From: Vulcanimicrobiota bacterium
GTDB taxonomy: Bacteria > Vulcanimicrobiota > Vulcanimicrobiia > Vulcanimicrobiales > Vulcanimicrobiaceae
DNA length: 64,000 nt
Reading direction: 5' to 3'
Assembly: GCA_963733295.1 (NCBI GenBank)
Contig: CAVTCS010000003.1
Coordinates: 2,080,001 to 2,144,000, forward strand
In this document: piece after piece, positions 8,478 to 18,042 of the stretch
Numbering within the stretch: position 1 is the stretch's first letter
How the letters are laid out: every line of letters starts with the position of its first letter
The notes under the pieces: generated by a model
Told to the model about the DNA's origin: nothing
Databases searched by the model: none
What the model saw: only the letters and a program-made list of their open reading frames with translations
Position numbers and translations under genes: made by a program

Positions 8478-11177
8478 TTAGGCGTTATCGAGGGCCGCTT
8501 GCGCGGCGGCGAGGCGCGCGATCGGGACGCGGTAGGGCGAACACGAAACGTAGTCCAAACCAATCTCTTCGCAGAACGCGACGCTCGACGGCTCGCCGCC
8601 GTGCTCGCCGCAGATCCCGATCTTCAGGTCGGCGCGTGCCGAGCGTCCTCGCTCGACGGCCATTCGCATGAGTCCGCCGACGCCGACACGATCGAGCACC
8701 TGGAAGGGACTCTCCGGCAGTATCTTCTTCTCAAGGTAGACCGGGATGAACGACCGGTCTGCGTCATCCCGCGAATAGCCGTACGTCGTTTGCGTCAGAT
8801 CGTTGGTGCCGAACGAGAAAAACTCGGCTTCCTCGGCAAGTTGGTCGGCGACGACGCAAGCCCGCGGCAACTCGATCATCGTGCCGACGTGGTACGGGAC
8901 CGGCACGCCTTCTCGCGCAATGACCTCGTCGGCCACGCGGTGAGCCGCTTCGGCGGTAAAGTGCATCTCCTCGCGCGTCCCGACGCCTGGAATCATCACG
9001 TCGGGGCGAGCATCGATGCCGTCTCGGCGCAGCGCACAAGCCGCCTCGAAGATCGCCCGCACTTGCATCGCGTAGATTTCCGGGTAGACGATTCCGAGCC
9101 GGCAAACGCGCAACCCGAGCATCGGGTTCTCTTCGTGTAGCTGCCGAACGCGAGTCAGCAGAGCATCACGAGCGCGGAAACGCGCTGTATCGGTACCTTC
9201 AGTACACTTCAATTCCGTCGTTTCGACCAGCAGATCGTCGAGCGAGGGCAAGAACTCGTGAAGCGGCGGATCCAGTAAACGGATCGTCACGGGATATCCC
9301 GCCATCGCGGTTAGTATTCCCTTAAAATCTTCACGCTGAAAAACGAGCAGCTCCTCGAGTGCCGCGGTGCGGCCTTCGAGCGTGTCTTCCATAATCATGC
9401 GCTGCACTACCGGGAGCCGCGAAGGTTCCATGAACATATGCTCGGTGCGGCAGAGTCCGATGCCGGTGGCCCCGAGATCTCGCGCCTTCCGAGCGTCCTG
9501 CGGTGTATCCGCATTGGCCCAAACTCCAAGCCGTTTCGCGTCGTCGGCCCAGCTGAGGAACTCGGCAAGCCACGCGGGCAGCTCCGAAGGCGGATCGATT
9601 AATCTCAAGGTCCCGAGCGCGACCTTGCCGGTCGCGCCGTCGATCGTGATTTCGTCGCCCTGCTTCAACGGGTGTCCGCCCAGCGTGGCCGTCCGCGCGC
9701 GCTCGTCCATAATCAGAGCGGAGCAAGCGGTAACGCAGGGTTTGCCCATGCCGCGAGCGACGACGGCCGCGTGCGACGTCGCACCGCCTCGCGCGGTAAG
9801 CACGCCTCGCGCGGCGATCATGCCGTGCACGTCATCGGGAGTCGTTTCGCCCCGCACGAGGATCGTCGGCTTACCTTCGGCGGCCCAAGCCACGGCGGTA
9901 TCCGGTTCGAAGACGACAAAACCCGAAGCCGCGCCAGGAGAGGCGTTCAGACCCTTGGCCGCGACCTCGACGGTTTGGCGTGGGTCGATGCGCGCGTGAA
10001 ACAATTGGTCCAGCGAAGCCGCATCGACGCGGCGCAGTGCCTCGGTCCGATCGATGAGGCCCTCACGAACCATGTCGAGAGCCACGCGAACCGCGGCCTC
10101 GGCACTCCGCTTCGCGCTCCGCGTTTGCAGCATGTAGAGTTTGCCGCGTTCGACGGTGAACTCCAGGTCTTGCATGTCGCAGTAGTGACGTTCGAGTTTA
10201 TCCGCGATGTCGATGAATTGACGGTAGACGCCGGGCGCTATCTCGGCAAGATCCGAGATGGGTTCGGGCGTGCGAATGCCTGCCACGACGTCCTCGCCCT
10301 GGGCGTTGCGCAAATACTCGCCGAAAAGTTTCCGCTCTCCGGTATTGGGATCGCGCGTAAACGCGACGCCGGTGCCGGAATCGTCACCCAAATTTCCAAA
10401 GACCATCGAAACGACGCTGACAGCCGTTCCGAAGTCATCCGCTATCTTATTGAAGCGGCGGTAATCGATCGCCCGCTGGGAATTCCACGAGTCGAACACC
10501 GCGATAATTGCCAGACGCAACTGCTCGTGAACGTCCTGCGGAAATTCACGCCCGGTGAGTTCGCGGACTTTCTGCTTGAACGTCGCGATCACTCGCTTCC
10601 AGGTCGCGGCGTCGATTTCAGTATCGAGCTTCACGCCGAGCGCAGATTTCGCGTCTTCGATGACACGGTCGAACACAGAGCGTTCGACACCGAGCACGAT
10701 GTCGGAAAACATTGCGATGAAGCGACGGTAGGCGTCCATTGCGAAGCGCTCGTCACCCGACGCTGTCGCGAGCCCGGCGACCGTTTTGTCGTTGAGCCCG
10801 AGGTTGAGGACGGTGTCCATCATCCCTGGCATCGAGACCGGTGCCCCGCTCCGCACCGAAACGAGCAAAGGCTCGCGCGCGCCGCCAAAAGTTTTTCCGG
10901 TGCGTCGCTCGAGTTCGCCAACCGCGCGCTCGACGTCCGCCTCAAGCCCGTCGGGCATGCGGCGGCCGAGGCGGTAGAACTCCAGGCACACTTCAGTCGT
11001 GATCGTGAAGCCGGGCGGCACCGGCAAGCCGGCGCGGGTCATCTCCGCGAGCCCGGCACCCTTCCCGCCCAGCAAGTCGCGCATCTCGCCGCTGCCCTCT
11101 TCGAAGAAATAGAGCCGCTTCGGCTGCGCTCCATTGCGACGGGTCGCGGCGGGCTGAGTCGTGAGGATCTCAGACAT
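8478..11177 (-). CDS. ppdK: Pyruvate, phosphate dikinase
   Basis: Motifs LLGGKGAGL, PLLVSVRSGA, GGATSHAAVVARGMG, GIGLCRTEHMF, FSFGTNDLTQ and GICGEHGG. Start placed at MSEILTT. Confidence 0.97.
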   Translation of the reverse strand: MSEILTTQPAATRRNGAQPKRLYFFEEGSGEMRDLLGGKGAGLAEMTRAGLPVPPGFTITTEVCLEFYRLGRRMPDGLEADVERAVGELERRTGKTFGGAREPLLVSVRSGAPVSMPGMMDTVLNLGLNDKTVAGLATASGDERFAMDAYRRFIAMFSDIVLGVERSVFDRVIEDAKSALGVKLDTEIDAATWKRVIATFKQKVRELTGREFPQDVHEQLRLAIIAVFDSWNSQRAIDYRRFNKIADDFGTAVSVVSMVFGNLGDDSGTGVAFTRDPNTGERKLFGEYLRNAQGEDVVAGIRTPEPISDLAEIAPGVYRQFIDIADKLERHYCDMQDLEFTVERGKLYMLQTRSAKRSAEAAVRVALDMVREGLIDRTEALRRVDAASLDQLFHARIDPRQTVEVAAKGLNASPGAASGFVVFEPDTAVAWAAEGKPTILVRGETTPDDVHGMIAARGVLTARGGATSHAAVVARGMGKPCVTACSALIMDERARTATLGGHPLKQGDEITIDGATGKVALGTLRLIDPPSELPAWLAEFLSWADDAKRLGVWANADTPQDARKARDLGATGIGLCRTEHMFMEPSRLPVVQRMIMEDTLEGRTAALEELLVFQREDFKGILTAMAGYPVTIRLLDPPLHEFLPSLDDLLVETTELKCTEGTDTARFRARDALLTRVRQLHEENPMLGLRVCRLGIVYPEIYAMQVRAIFEAACALRRDGIDARPDVMIPGVGTREEMHFTAEAAHRVADEVIAREGVPVPYHVGTMIELPRACVVADQLAEEAEFFSFGTNDLTQTTYGYSRDDADRSFIPVYLEKKILPESPFQVLDRVGVGGLMRMAVERGRSARADLKIGICGEHGGEPSSVAFCEEIGLDYVSCSPYRVPIARLAAAQAALDNA

Positions 11178-11314
11178 GAGGGGATGAAAATTGGCGAGCG
11201 GTCGCCTTGCTCCTGGAAGATTTTTTCCATATACGGCCATCGTGAGGGTTTGCGAGCGCAAGGGCGACCCACCGGCCGGTCGAACGCCGAGCGCATGCGG
11301 CCGGTCGTCCTCGC

Positions 11315-13102
11315 TTGAGTTCAGCACAACCGAGTCTGGAGCAACTCTACGAAGCACTGCGCCGCGCGCACGTCGACAGCCTCAACCTGCAAGACGCCCT
11401 TCGCTTGCAGCAGGACGCCGAATCCAAATCCCCGTACGCGCGCTGGCTCGAAAGCCGCAAACTTTGGCCACGCGATCTCGAGCGGCTACGCGCGCTCTCC
11501 CGTGCGTTAACGTACCGGCCCAAACTTAGCGTCATCGTTGCCACCTACGAGACGGCCGAAGCGCACCTTCGGGCGGCGTTGGACTCGGTTTTCGCTCAGA
11601 CGTACGAGAATTGGGAGTTGTGCGTCGCCGACGATGCCTCGCCTCAACCGCACGTTCGTCGAATTCTCCAAGAGTACGCCGCCGGCGACAGACGGGTAAA
11701 GGTTGTTTTCCGCGAGGAAAACGGTCACATCTCGCTCGCAACCAATTCCGCATTGGACATCGCCCAGGGAGAGTTCGTCTGTCTTCTCGATCACGACGAT
11801 GTCTTGAGCCCAGACGCCCTTTTCGAAGTCGCGCTGTTGCTGAACATGCATCCCGATGCCGACTTCATCTACTCCGATGAAGACAAACTCGACGACGCCA
11901 CCGGGCAGTTCGTTGATCCGTATTTCAAACCAGACTGGTGCCCCGATTCGTTTCTTTCGCGCATGTACACGGCACATCTCGGCGTCTATCGCCGCTCGAT
12001 CGTCCGCGACCTCGGTGGAATGCGGGAAGGGTTCGAAGGTAGTCAGGATTACGATCTCGTCCTGCGGCTCGTGGAGCGCACCGCTCGCATCCACCACATT
12101 CCGAAGGTCCTCTATCACTGGCGCGCACACGCGATGTCCACTGCGTCCGAGATGGAAGCGAAGCCTTATGCTGCCGGCGCCGCACAACGCGCGCTTTCCG
12201 AAGCCCTCGATCGACGCGGCCAACCCGGAACGGTCGTCGCGCTAGCCGACTGCCCCGGTACGTACATCGTTCGGTACCGGATCGGGCGTTACGGGAAGGT
12301 GCAAGTTTGCCTCTCGGCGCGGTCGGATGCCACAAGCTTAAACCGGTGCCTGAATTCGATCTTTTCGAACGACGCCTATGCAGATTTCGAGATCGTGCTC
12401 TTCCCCGATTTCAAAAACCCTGCGTTGCTCGACACTTACCGGCGCTGGGCCACGGACGAGGCTCGCGTTAGCCTTCCGGATCACCACGCTCGCGGCAATC
12501 CGACGCGTCTTCGCAACGCAAGCATCGCGGACTCGAGCGCGACGTACGTCTTATTCCTCGACGACGACACCGAAGTCGTTACTTCGGACTGGCTTACCGC
12601 TCTTATCGAACAAGCGCAGCGGCCGACGATCGGCGCCGTCGGTCCGCTGCTCGTTGGCCCGGACGGCAACGTGCGCCAAGCCGGCCTCATCATCGGCACG
12701 AACCATATCGTCACCTCAGGGCATCGCTCGTTTCCGCGCGACGCCTTCGGTTATTTCTCGACGCTGCGCTCGATCAATAACTTCTCTGCATTCTCGGGCG
12801 CCTGCGTGATGGTTCGGCGAGAGGCTTTCCTTAACGTCGGCGGCCTGGACGAGCAGCTGGCGATGGCTTACGGCGATATCGATTTGTGCCTGCGCTTGCA
12901 GCGCGCGGGTTACCACAACGTCTACCTCCCCCACGTCGTGCTCTTCGAGCATGCTCTCGCTGTGGAGTCGGACGATCCCCACAAGCGCTTTGGTCCGGAA
13001 CTCGAGCTCATGAGGTTGCGCTGGCGGACGGACGAAGTCGAAGACCCGTGCTATAACCCGAACCTCGCGCTCGAAGCGGAGACCTACGCTTTGCGGATCT
13101 GA
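11315..13102 (+). CDS. Glycosyltransferase family 2 with two GT-A domains (paralog of 1693..3757)
   Basis: Motifs NWELCVADDAS, LLDHDD, YSDEDK, FKPDWCPDSFLSRMYT, GSQDYDL and DPCYNPNL. Confidence 0.9.
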   Translation: MSSAQPSLEQLYEALRRAHVDSLNLQDALRLQQDAESKSPYARWLESRKLWPRDLERLRALSRALTYRPKLSVIVATYETAEAHLRAALDSVFAQTYENWELCVADDASPQPHVRRILQEYAAGDRRVKVVFREENGHISLATNSALDIAQGEFVCLLDHDDVLSPDALFEVALLLNMHPDADFIYSDEDKLDDATGQFVDPYFKPDWCPDSFLSRMYTAHLGVYRRSIVRDLGGMREGFEGSQDYDLVLRLVERTARIHHIPKVLYHWRAHAMSTASEMEAKPYAAGAAQRALSEALDRRGQPGTVVALADCPGTYIVRYRIGRYGKVQVCLSARSDATSLNRCLNSIFSNDAYADFEIVLFPDFKNPALLDTYRRWATDEARVSLPDHHARGNPTRLRNASIADSSATYVLFLDDDTEVVTSDWLTALIEQAQRPTIGAVGPLLVGPDGNVRQAGLIIGTNHIVTSGHRSFPRDAFGYFSTLRSINNFSAFSGACVMVRREAFLNVGGLDEQLAMAYGDIDLCLRLQRAGYHNVYLPHVVLFEHALAVESDDPHKRFGPELELMRLRWRTDEVEDPCYNPNLALEAETYALRI

Positions 13103-13147
13103 ATGTGCGAACGAAGGGCGCTCCGTTAGCCGGTCGAAGCCCCCCGT

Positions 13148-13669
13148 ATGGCGCTTGCAGTCACGCATACCATTTTTGACGCGGCGAAAGTATTCGTTCC
13201 TGACGTATACGAGGACGACCGCGGATACTTCAAGGAAGTGTACGCTACGCATCGCTATCAAGAAGCGGGCATCTCGGACACGTTCCTTCAGGACAGCGTT
13301 TCCTACTCGACGAAGAACGTCATTCGTGGGCTGCACTACGATTCGGCCATGTCGAAGTTCGTTCAGGTCTTACGCGGCCGAATTTGGGACGTGATCGTCG
13401 ATTTACGCGAGGACTCATCGACGTATCGCAGGTGGCAAGGGTTCAATCTTTCCGAATTCAATCACAAGCAGCTCTACGTTCCGGCCGGTTTCGCGCACGG
13501 TTTCCTAGCGCTCAGTGACGACGTCGTGGTTTTCTACAAGCAGGGAGCGCTCTACGATCCGTCGCGCGAACGCGCCGTCCGCTGGAACGACCCTACCCTG
13601 GCGATCGAATGGCCGCTCGTCGGCGAACCGCGAGTGTCGCTGAAGGACCAAGCAGCGCCGTTCCTCTGA
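13148..13669 (+). CDS. rfbC: dTDP-4-dehydrorhamnose 3,5-epimerase
   Basis: Motifs DDRGYFKE, IRGLHY, DVIVDLR, QLYVPAGFAHGF, RWNDP and SLKD. Confidence 0.95.
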   Translation: MALAVTHTIFDAAKVFVPDVYEDDRGYFKEVYATHRYQEAGISDTFLQDSVSYSTKNVIRGLHYDSAMSKFVQVLRGRIWDVIVDLREDSSTYRRWQGFNLSEFNHKQLYVPAGFAHGFLALSDDVVVFYKQGALYDPSRERAVRWNDPTLAIEWPLVGEPRVSLKDQAAPFL

Positions 13670-13711
13670 GGGTCTTCGGCTGACGGAGTGGCGCGTACGC
13701 CGCTCCTATCA

Positions 13712-13810
13712 GGAAAGCGCGGCAACGAGACGCCCAAGCTCGATCGGATTCGCAAACGCTTGAAAAGAGCACGGGAGGAATATGGATCACAAACAGCTCG
13801 CCGAAGATGA
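13712..13810 (+). pseudogene. C-terminal remnant of a RelE/Gp49-like toxin
   Basis: Reads GKRGNETPKLDRIRKRLKRAREEY, similar to the K.G..TPK....I..RLK.A ending of Gp49-type toxins. It overlaps the antitoxin start and has no N-terminus. Confidence 0.45.
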
Positions 13811-14135
13811 CGACAAGGTCGTCTTCGTTGCCGGCAGCGGGAATGTCTTTGCGGATCTCGGTCTTGAGAACGCAGACGAGCCGCTCGTTAAGGCCGATCT
13901 CGCCAACGCGCTCAATGGGGTGATCCGTTCACACGGCTGGACACAGGCGGAAGCCGCTGCGCGCGCCGGCTTGACTCAGCCCGACATTTCCCGGATCGGG
14001 CAAATGAAGACTGACAGCTTTTCTCAGGAGCGCCTGCAGAACGCGTTGCGCCACCTCGGCATGGACGTCGAGATCAGACTGCACCTTCGGAAGAACGGCG
14101 GCATCGGGACGCTAAAGGTTCGTGAACTCGCATGA
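13782..14135 (+). CDS. XRE-family HTH protein (HigA-like antitoxin)
   Basis: GSGNVFADLG motif and HTH WTQAEAAARAGLTQPDISRI. GGAGG RBS. Confidence 0.85.
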   Translation: MDHKQLAEDDDKVVFVAGSGNVFADLGLENADEPLVKADLANALNGVIRSHGWTQAEAAARAGLTQPDISRIGQMKTDSFSQERLQNALRHLGMDVEIRLHLRKNGGIGTLKVRELA

Positions 14136-14534
14136 CGATCCCGATCAGTGTTCCCAACGAGGCCGCCTTTGCAGAGGTCCAATGGAGATTCGAGTTGATT
14201 CGCGCGCGGCACTCTGACGCGAAACTCCAGCTCTTTCCGGCCAGCGGTCCTGTGATCGAAGCGCGGATCGTCTGGAGCGTTTCAGCGCACTAAGAAATCG
14301 GTGTAATCGCGGGGATGCTTTACTGCCGACGACAGCCGATCGCCGTCCTCAAACGTGACGACGAAGACTTGCGTTGACCCGAGCAAGTTGCTGCGTGCGC
14401 TGCGAGTTCAAGCACTCTCCCTTACACGATGCTCGTGCAATTCGACGGCACGCGCGAACGCGCGTGGAAGATCTCCCTTCCGCCCGATCGCTGCCGCGAG
14501 TTGATTGCGAACAGCCTCTTTCACTAAATGCGAT

Positions 14535-15326
14535 TCAGGCGGAGCGAACGACCGTCGTACCCTCGCCGTCGAGCGCGCGGCCTAATGCGCCGGGTCCGGA
14601 GCCGCAGATAATCGCGCTGTGCGCGCCGCGCGCTAGCGCGTCGAGCGCGCTCTCCATCTTCGGCAGCATTCCGCCGGAGAAAACGCCGTCGGCTATGTAG
14701 CGTCGCGCAGTCGCTTCGTCGATGCGGGCGATGCCGCTTGCCGGATCGTCGAGGCGAAGGCGCACGCGCTCGACGTTCGTCACGATGACGTAGGCGTCGG
14801 CGGCCAAAGCGCCGGCGATCGCGCCGGCCGACGTATCGGCGTTCACGTTGAGCGCCGCCCGCCCGTTCGACGTCACGGCCAGAGGTGCGACGACCGGAGT
14901 GAGCCCGGCGCTCAGCAGACCCTCGAGCACCGCCGGCTGCACCGTCTCGATCTCGCCGACGAAGCCCAAGTCCTCGCCCTCGATCGGCGCCATCTTGCGT
15001 GCGACCAGCAGCGCGCCGTCCTGGCCGGAGATTCCCGCGGCGCGGACTCCGCGGGCCAACAGTGCTCGCACCAGCGCCTTATTGACCGTCCCGCAGAGGA
15101 CGCTCTCGGTGACCGCCAGCGTCGCGGCATCGGTCACTCGCAGCCCGGCGACCCGGCGCTGGCCGATGCCGCGCTCGGCTAAAGCGGCATCGATCTGCGG
15201 TCCCCCGCCGTGGACGAGCACGACCCGGTCTCCCGCGGCGACCCGCACGGTGATCTCGTCGAGCAGCGGATCGGGCCCGCCTCCGCCGGCCAGGGCGTTC
15301 CCGCCGTACTTGAGGACGACGAGCAC
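14535..15326 (-). CDS. argB: Acetylglutamate kinase
   Basis: Motifs VLKYGGNA, VHGGGPQI, GLRVTD, LNVNADT and GGMLPK. Confidence 0.95.
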   Translation of the reverse strand: MLVVLKYGGNALAGGGGPDPLLDEITVRVAAGDRVVLVHGGGPQIDAALAERGIGQRRVAGLRVTDAATLAVTESVLCGTVNKALVRALLARGVRAAGISGQDGALLVARKMAPIEGEDLGFVGEIETVQPAVLEGLLSAGLTPVVAPLAVTSNGRAALNVNADTSAGAIAGALAADAYVIVTNVERVRLRLDDPASGIARIDEATARRYIADGVFSGGMLPKMESALDALARGAHSAIICGSGPGALGRALDGEGTTVVRSA

Positions 15327-15338
15327 CCCTAGGCTACC

Positions 15339-15375
15339 CTTGCAATTTCATGCATAATCTGCATAATTATACAGG
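15339..15375. promoter_or_regulatory. Tandem ARG boxes (ArgR operator) overlapping the divergent argB/argF promoter region
   Basis: TGCAATTTCATGCA (15341-15354) and TGCATAATTATACA (15360-15373) form an AT-rich island in a 51-bp intergenic gap. TTGCAA...CATAAT is sigma70-like. argR lies in the operon. Confidence 0.75.
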
Positions 15376-15377
15376 AA

Positions 15378-16349
15378 GTGCTCGCCTCTGTCGCTGACGT
15401 TGCCCTCCGGGGACGTAATTTTCTTCAGGTAAGGGACCTGTCGCCGCTTGAGATCGGCACGATCCTGGGCCTTGCCGTGCACCTCAAAGCGGGCCGGATC
15501 GCCGATCAGCTGCCGATGCTGCGCGGCAAAACGCTGGGCATGCTCTTCGAGAAGCCCTCGTTGCGCACGCGTGCCTCGTTCGAGGTCGCCATGACGCAAC
15601 TCGGCGGGCATGCCTTGATCGCCCAGGGCGGCGACTTTATGGTGGGCTCGCGCGAAACGCCTGAAGATGCCGCTCGGGTCCTTTCGCGTTACGTCGACGC
15701 GATCGTGGTTCGCACGCATGCCCACGAACCGCTCGAGCGTTTCGCCGATGCGGCGACCGTCCCCGTCATCAACGGCCTGTCGGAAGCGGCGCATCCGTGT
15801 CAAGCGCTGGCCGACCTTCTCACGATTCGGGAACGCTTCGGCACGCTCGAAGGGCTCCGTATCGCGTACGTGGGCGACGCGCGCAACAACGTCGCGTCCT
15901 CGCTTGCCGAGGCGGCGATGATGGCCGGCATCACGCTGAACTTCGGCTGCCCTCCGACGCACCGGCCCTCGGAAGCGTTTCTCGCCGATCTGCAACGTCT
16001 TGGCAAACCTCACGGCGCACTCGTGCGCGCCTTCACCTCGCCGATTCGCGCGGTGCGCGACGTCGACGTCGTCTACACCGATATTTGGACCTCGATGGGC
16101 GAGGAGCACCTCACCGAACGCAACGCCGCGGCCTTGCTTCCGTACCGCGTCACGCCCGAGCTGATGTCGGCGGCCGCCGTGCACGCGCTCTTCATGCACT
16201 GTCTCCCGGCTCATCGCGACGAAGAAGTGAGTCCGGAAGTCATCGACGGCCCGCAAAGCGCCGTCTTCGATCAAGCCGAAAACCGCTTGCACGCGCAGAA
16301 GGCTCTGCTCGTGGCGCTCTTGACCGACCTCCGAGGATTGCCCGTATGA
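15378..16349 (+). CDS. argF: Ornithine carbamoyltransferase
   Basis: Motifs FEKPSLRTR, HPCQ, YTDIWTSMG, FMHCLP and DQAENRLH. Confidence 0.95.
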   Translation: MLASVADVALRGRNFLQVRDLSPLEIGTILGLAVHLKAGRIADQLPMLRGKTLGMLFEKPSLRTRASFEVAMTQLGGHALIAQGGDFMVGSRETPEDAARVLSRYVDAIVVRTHAHEPLERFADAATVPVINGLSEAAHPCQALADLLTIRERFGTLEGLRIAYVGDARNNVASSLAEAAMMAGITLNFGCPPTHRPSEAFLADLQRLGKPHGALVRAFTSPIRAVRDVDVVYTDIWTSMGEEHLTERNAAALLPYRVTPELMSAAAVHALFMHCLPAHRDEEVSPEVIDGPQSAVFDQAENRLHAQKALLVALLTDLRGLPV

Positions 16350-16813
16350 AATCGACTCGCCAGCGCGCGATTCTGTCGCTCATCGCGACGCGCCCCGTTC
16401 ACTCGCAAGAAGAACTCGCGCATCTGCTCGAGTCGCAAGGCTACGAAGTCACGCAAGCGACGGTCTCGCGCGATATCAAGGAGTTGGGGCTTGCCAAGGT
16501 TCCCCTCAAGAACGGCGCCGGTTCGCAGTTCAAGTACGTCGAACCCGGACTCGGGCCGGCCTTCACCAGCCGGTTGCATCGCATGGTGGCCGAGCTCGTG
16601 ATCGACGTGCGCGGTTCGCTCAATCAGATCGTGCTGCGCACGCCGCCCGGCAGCGCGATGATGCTCGCTTCGGCCATCGATAGCGCGGGCTGGAACGAAG
16701 TGATCGGAACGCTCGGCGGCGACGACACGGTGCTCGTCATTCTGGCGGACCCAGGGCAGCAGCCGGTCGTCAAACAACGCTTTGAAGACCTTCGCTCGGA
16801 GCACGCCCATTGA
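16346..16813 (+). CDS. argR: Arginine repressor
   Basis: MKSTRQRAI, SQEEL, VTQATVSRDIKELG and GTLGGDDT. ATG overlaps the argF stop. Confidence 0.95.
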   Translation: MKSTRQRAILSLIATRPVHSQEELAHLLESQGYEVTQATVSRDIKELGLAKVPLKNGAGSQFKYVEPGLGPAFTSRLHRMVAELVIDVRGSLNQIVLRTPPGSAMMLASAIDSAGWNEVIGTLGGDDTVLVILADPGQQPVVKQRFEDLRSEHAH

Positions 16814-18039
16814 GCACGATCGTCCTGGCTTACTCCGGCGGACTCGACACCTCGGTTCTGCTCAAGCGTTACGTGCTCGAAGGACACTCGGTCGTCGCGA
16901 TGACGCTCGATCTAGGTGAAAGCGACGGCACGACCGGCCGCGGCGCCTCGGCCGCGCTCGATGAGGTGAAAGCCAAAGCGCTCAAACTCGGCGCGACCGA
17001 CGCGCTGCTGATCGATGCGAAGGAACGCTTCATCGAAGAGTTCGCGCAGCCGGCGCTGCGCGCGAACGCGCTCTACGAAAACGTCTATCCGCTGTCCGCC
17101 GCGCTCTCGCGGCCGTTGATCGCGGCACTGCTCGTCGAAACGGCGCATCGTTCTGGAGCCGACGCGGTCGCCCACGGTTGTACCGGGAAGGGCAACGATC
17201 AAGTCCGCATCGAGCTGGCGGTGCGCGCGCTCGATCCGGCGCTCAAGACGCTTGCGCCTCTGCGCGACAATCCGCTCTCGCGGCCCGATGCGATGGCGTT
17301 CGCGCAGAAGAACGGCGTGCCGGTCACATCGACCGTCGAGCGGCCGTACTCGGTCGACGCGAACCTGTGGGGCCGGTCGATCGAAGCGGGCGTGCTCGAA
17401 GATCCGTGGAACGCGCCGCCCGAAGACGCCTACGCCTGGACGGCGCCGCCCGCCGAACGCCCGCACGAGCCGGAATCGGTCGTCATCGATTTCGAGCGCG
17501 GCGTCCCGGCGTGCGAAGGTCTGCGCGGCGCAGCCTTGGTCGCCGAACTCAACGCGCGTGCCGGAGCGCACGGCGTCGGGCGCATCGACTTGATCGAGGA
17601 TCGCGTGATCGGCGTCAAGTCGCGTGAAGTTTACGAGTGCCCCGGTTCGATCGCCCTCATCACCGCACATCGCGCGCTCGAGCGGCTCGTCCTGACCCGT
17701 GACGAACTGCGCCTCAAGGCGATGCTCGACCAGAAATACGCCGAGCTCGTGTACGACGGGCTGTGGCCCTCGCCGCTGCGCCGCGCGCTCGATGCCTTCA
17801 ACGCCGCGCTCGCGGAGCGAATGACGGGCCGCGTCCGCTTGCGCCTGCACCAGGGCCTCGCGGTCGCCGACGGTTCCGCCTCGCCCTTCGCACTCTACGA
17901 CGAGAAGCTCGCGACCTACGGTCACGGAGACCGCTTCAAGCACGACGCGGCCGCGGGCTTCATCGAGCTGTGGGGACTTCCGCTCGAACTCGGCGCGCGC
18001 GTGGAGCGTGACGCTTTCGCCGGCGCACCGCGACCGTAA
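16810..18039 (+). CDS. argG: Argininosuccinate synthase
   Basis: Motifs LAYSGGLDTS, HGCTGKGNDQVR, YSVDANLWGRSIE and GVKSREVYE. Confidence 0.96.
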   Translation: MSTIVLAYSGGLDTSVLLKRYVLEGHSVVAMTLDLGESDGTTGRGASAALDEVKAKALKLGATDALLIDAKERFIEEFAQPALRANALYENVYPLSAALSRPLIAALLVETAHRSGADAVAHGCTGKGNDQVRIELAVRALDPALKTLAPLRDNPLSRPDAMAFAQKNGVPVTSTVERPYSVDANLWGRSIEAGVLEDPWNAPPEDAYAWTAPPAERPHEPESVVIDFERGVPACEGLRGAALVAELNARAGAHGVGRIDLIEDRVIGVKSREVYECPGSIALITAHRALERLVLTRDELRLKAMLDQKYAELVYDGLWPSPLRRALDAFNAALAERMTGRVRLRLHQGLAVADGSASPFALYDEKLATYGHGDRFKHDAAAGFIELWGLPLELGARVERDAFAGAPRP

Positions 18040-18042
18040 GCC

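Noticed and set aside
14140..14430. Gene between the antitoxin and argB
   Set aside because: Only interrupted coding-like fragments are present, with no recognisable family.
15540..15575. argF as an N-acetylornithine transcarbamylase because of SLRT
   Set aside because: The ornithine-binding DxxxSMG motif is present and argJ is in the operon, consistent with an ordinary OTCase.
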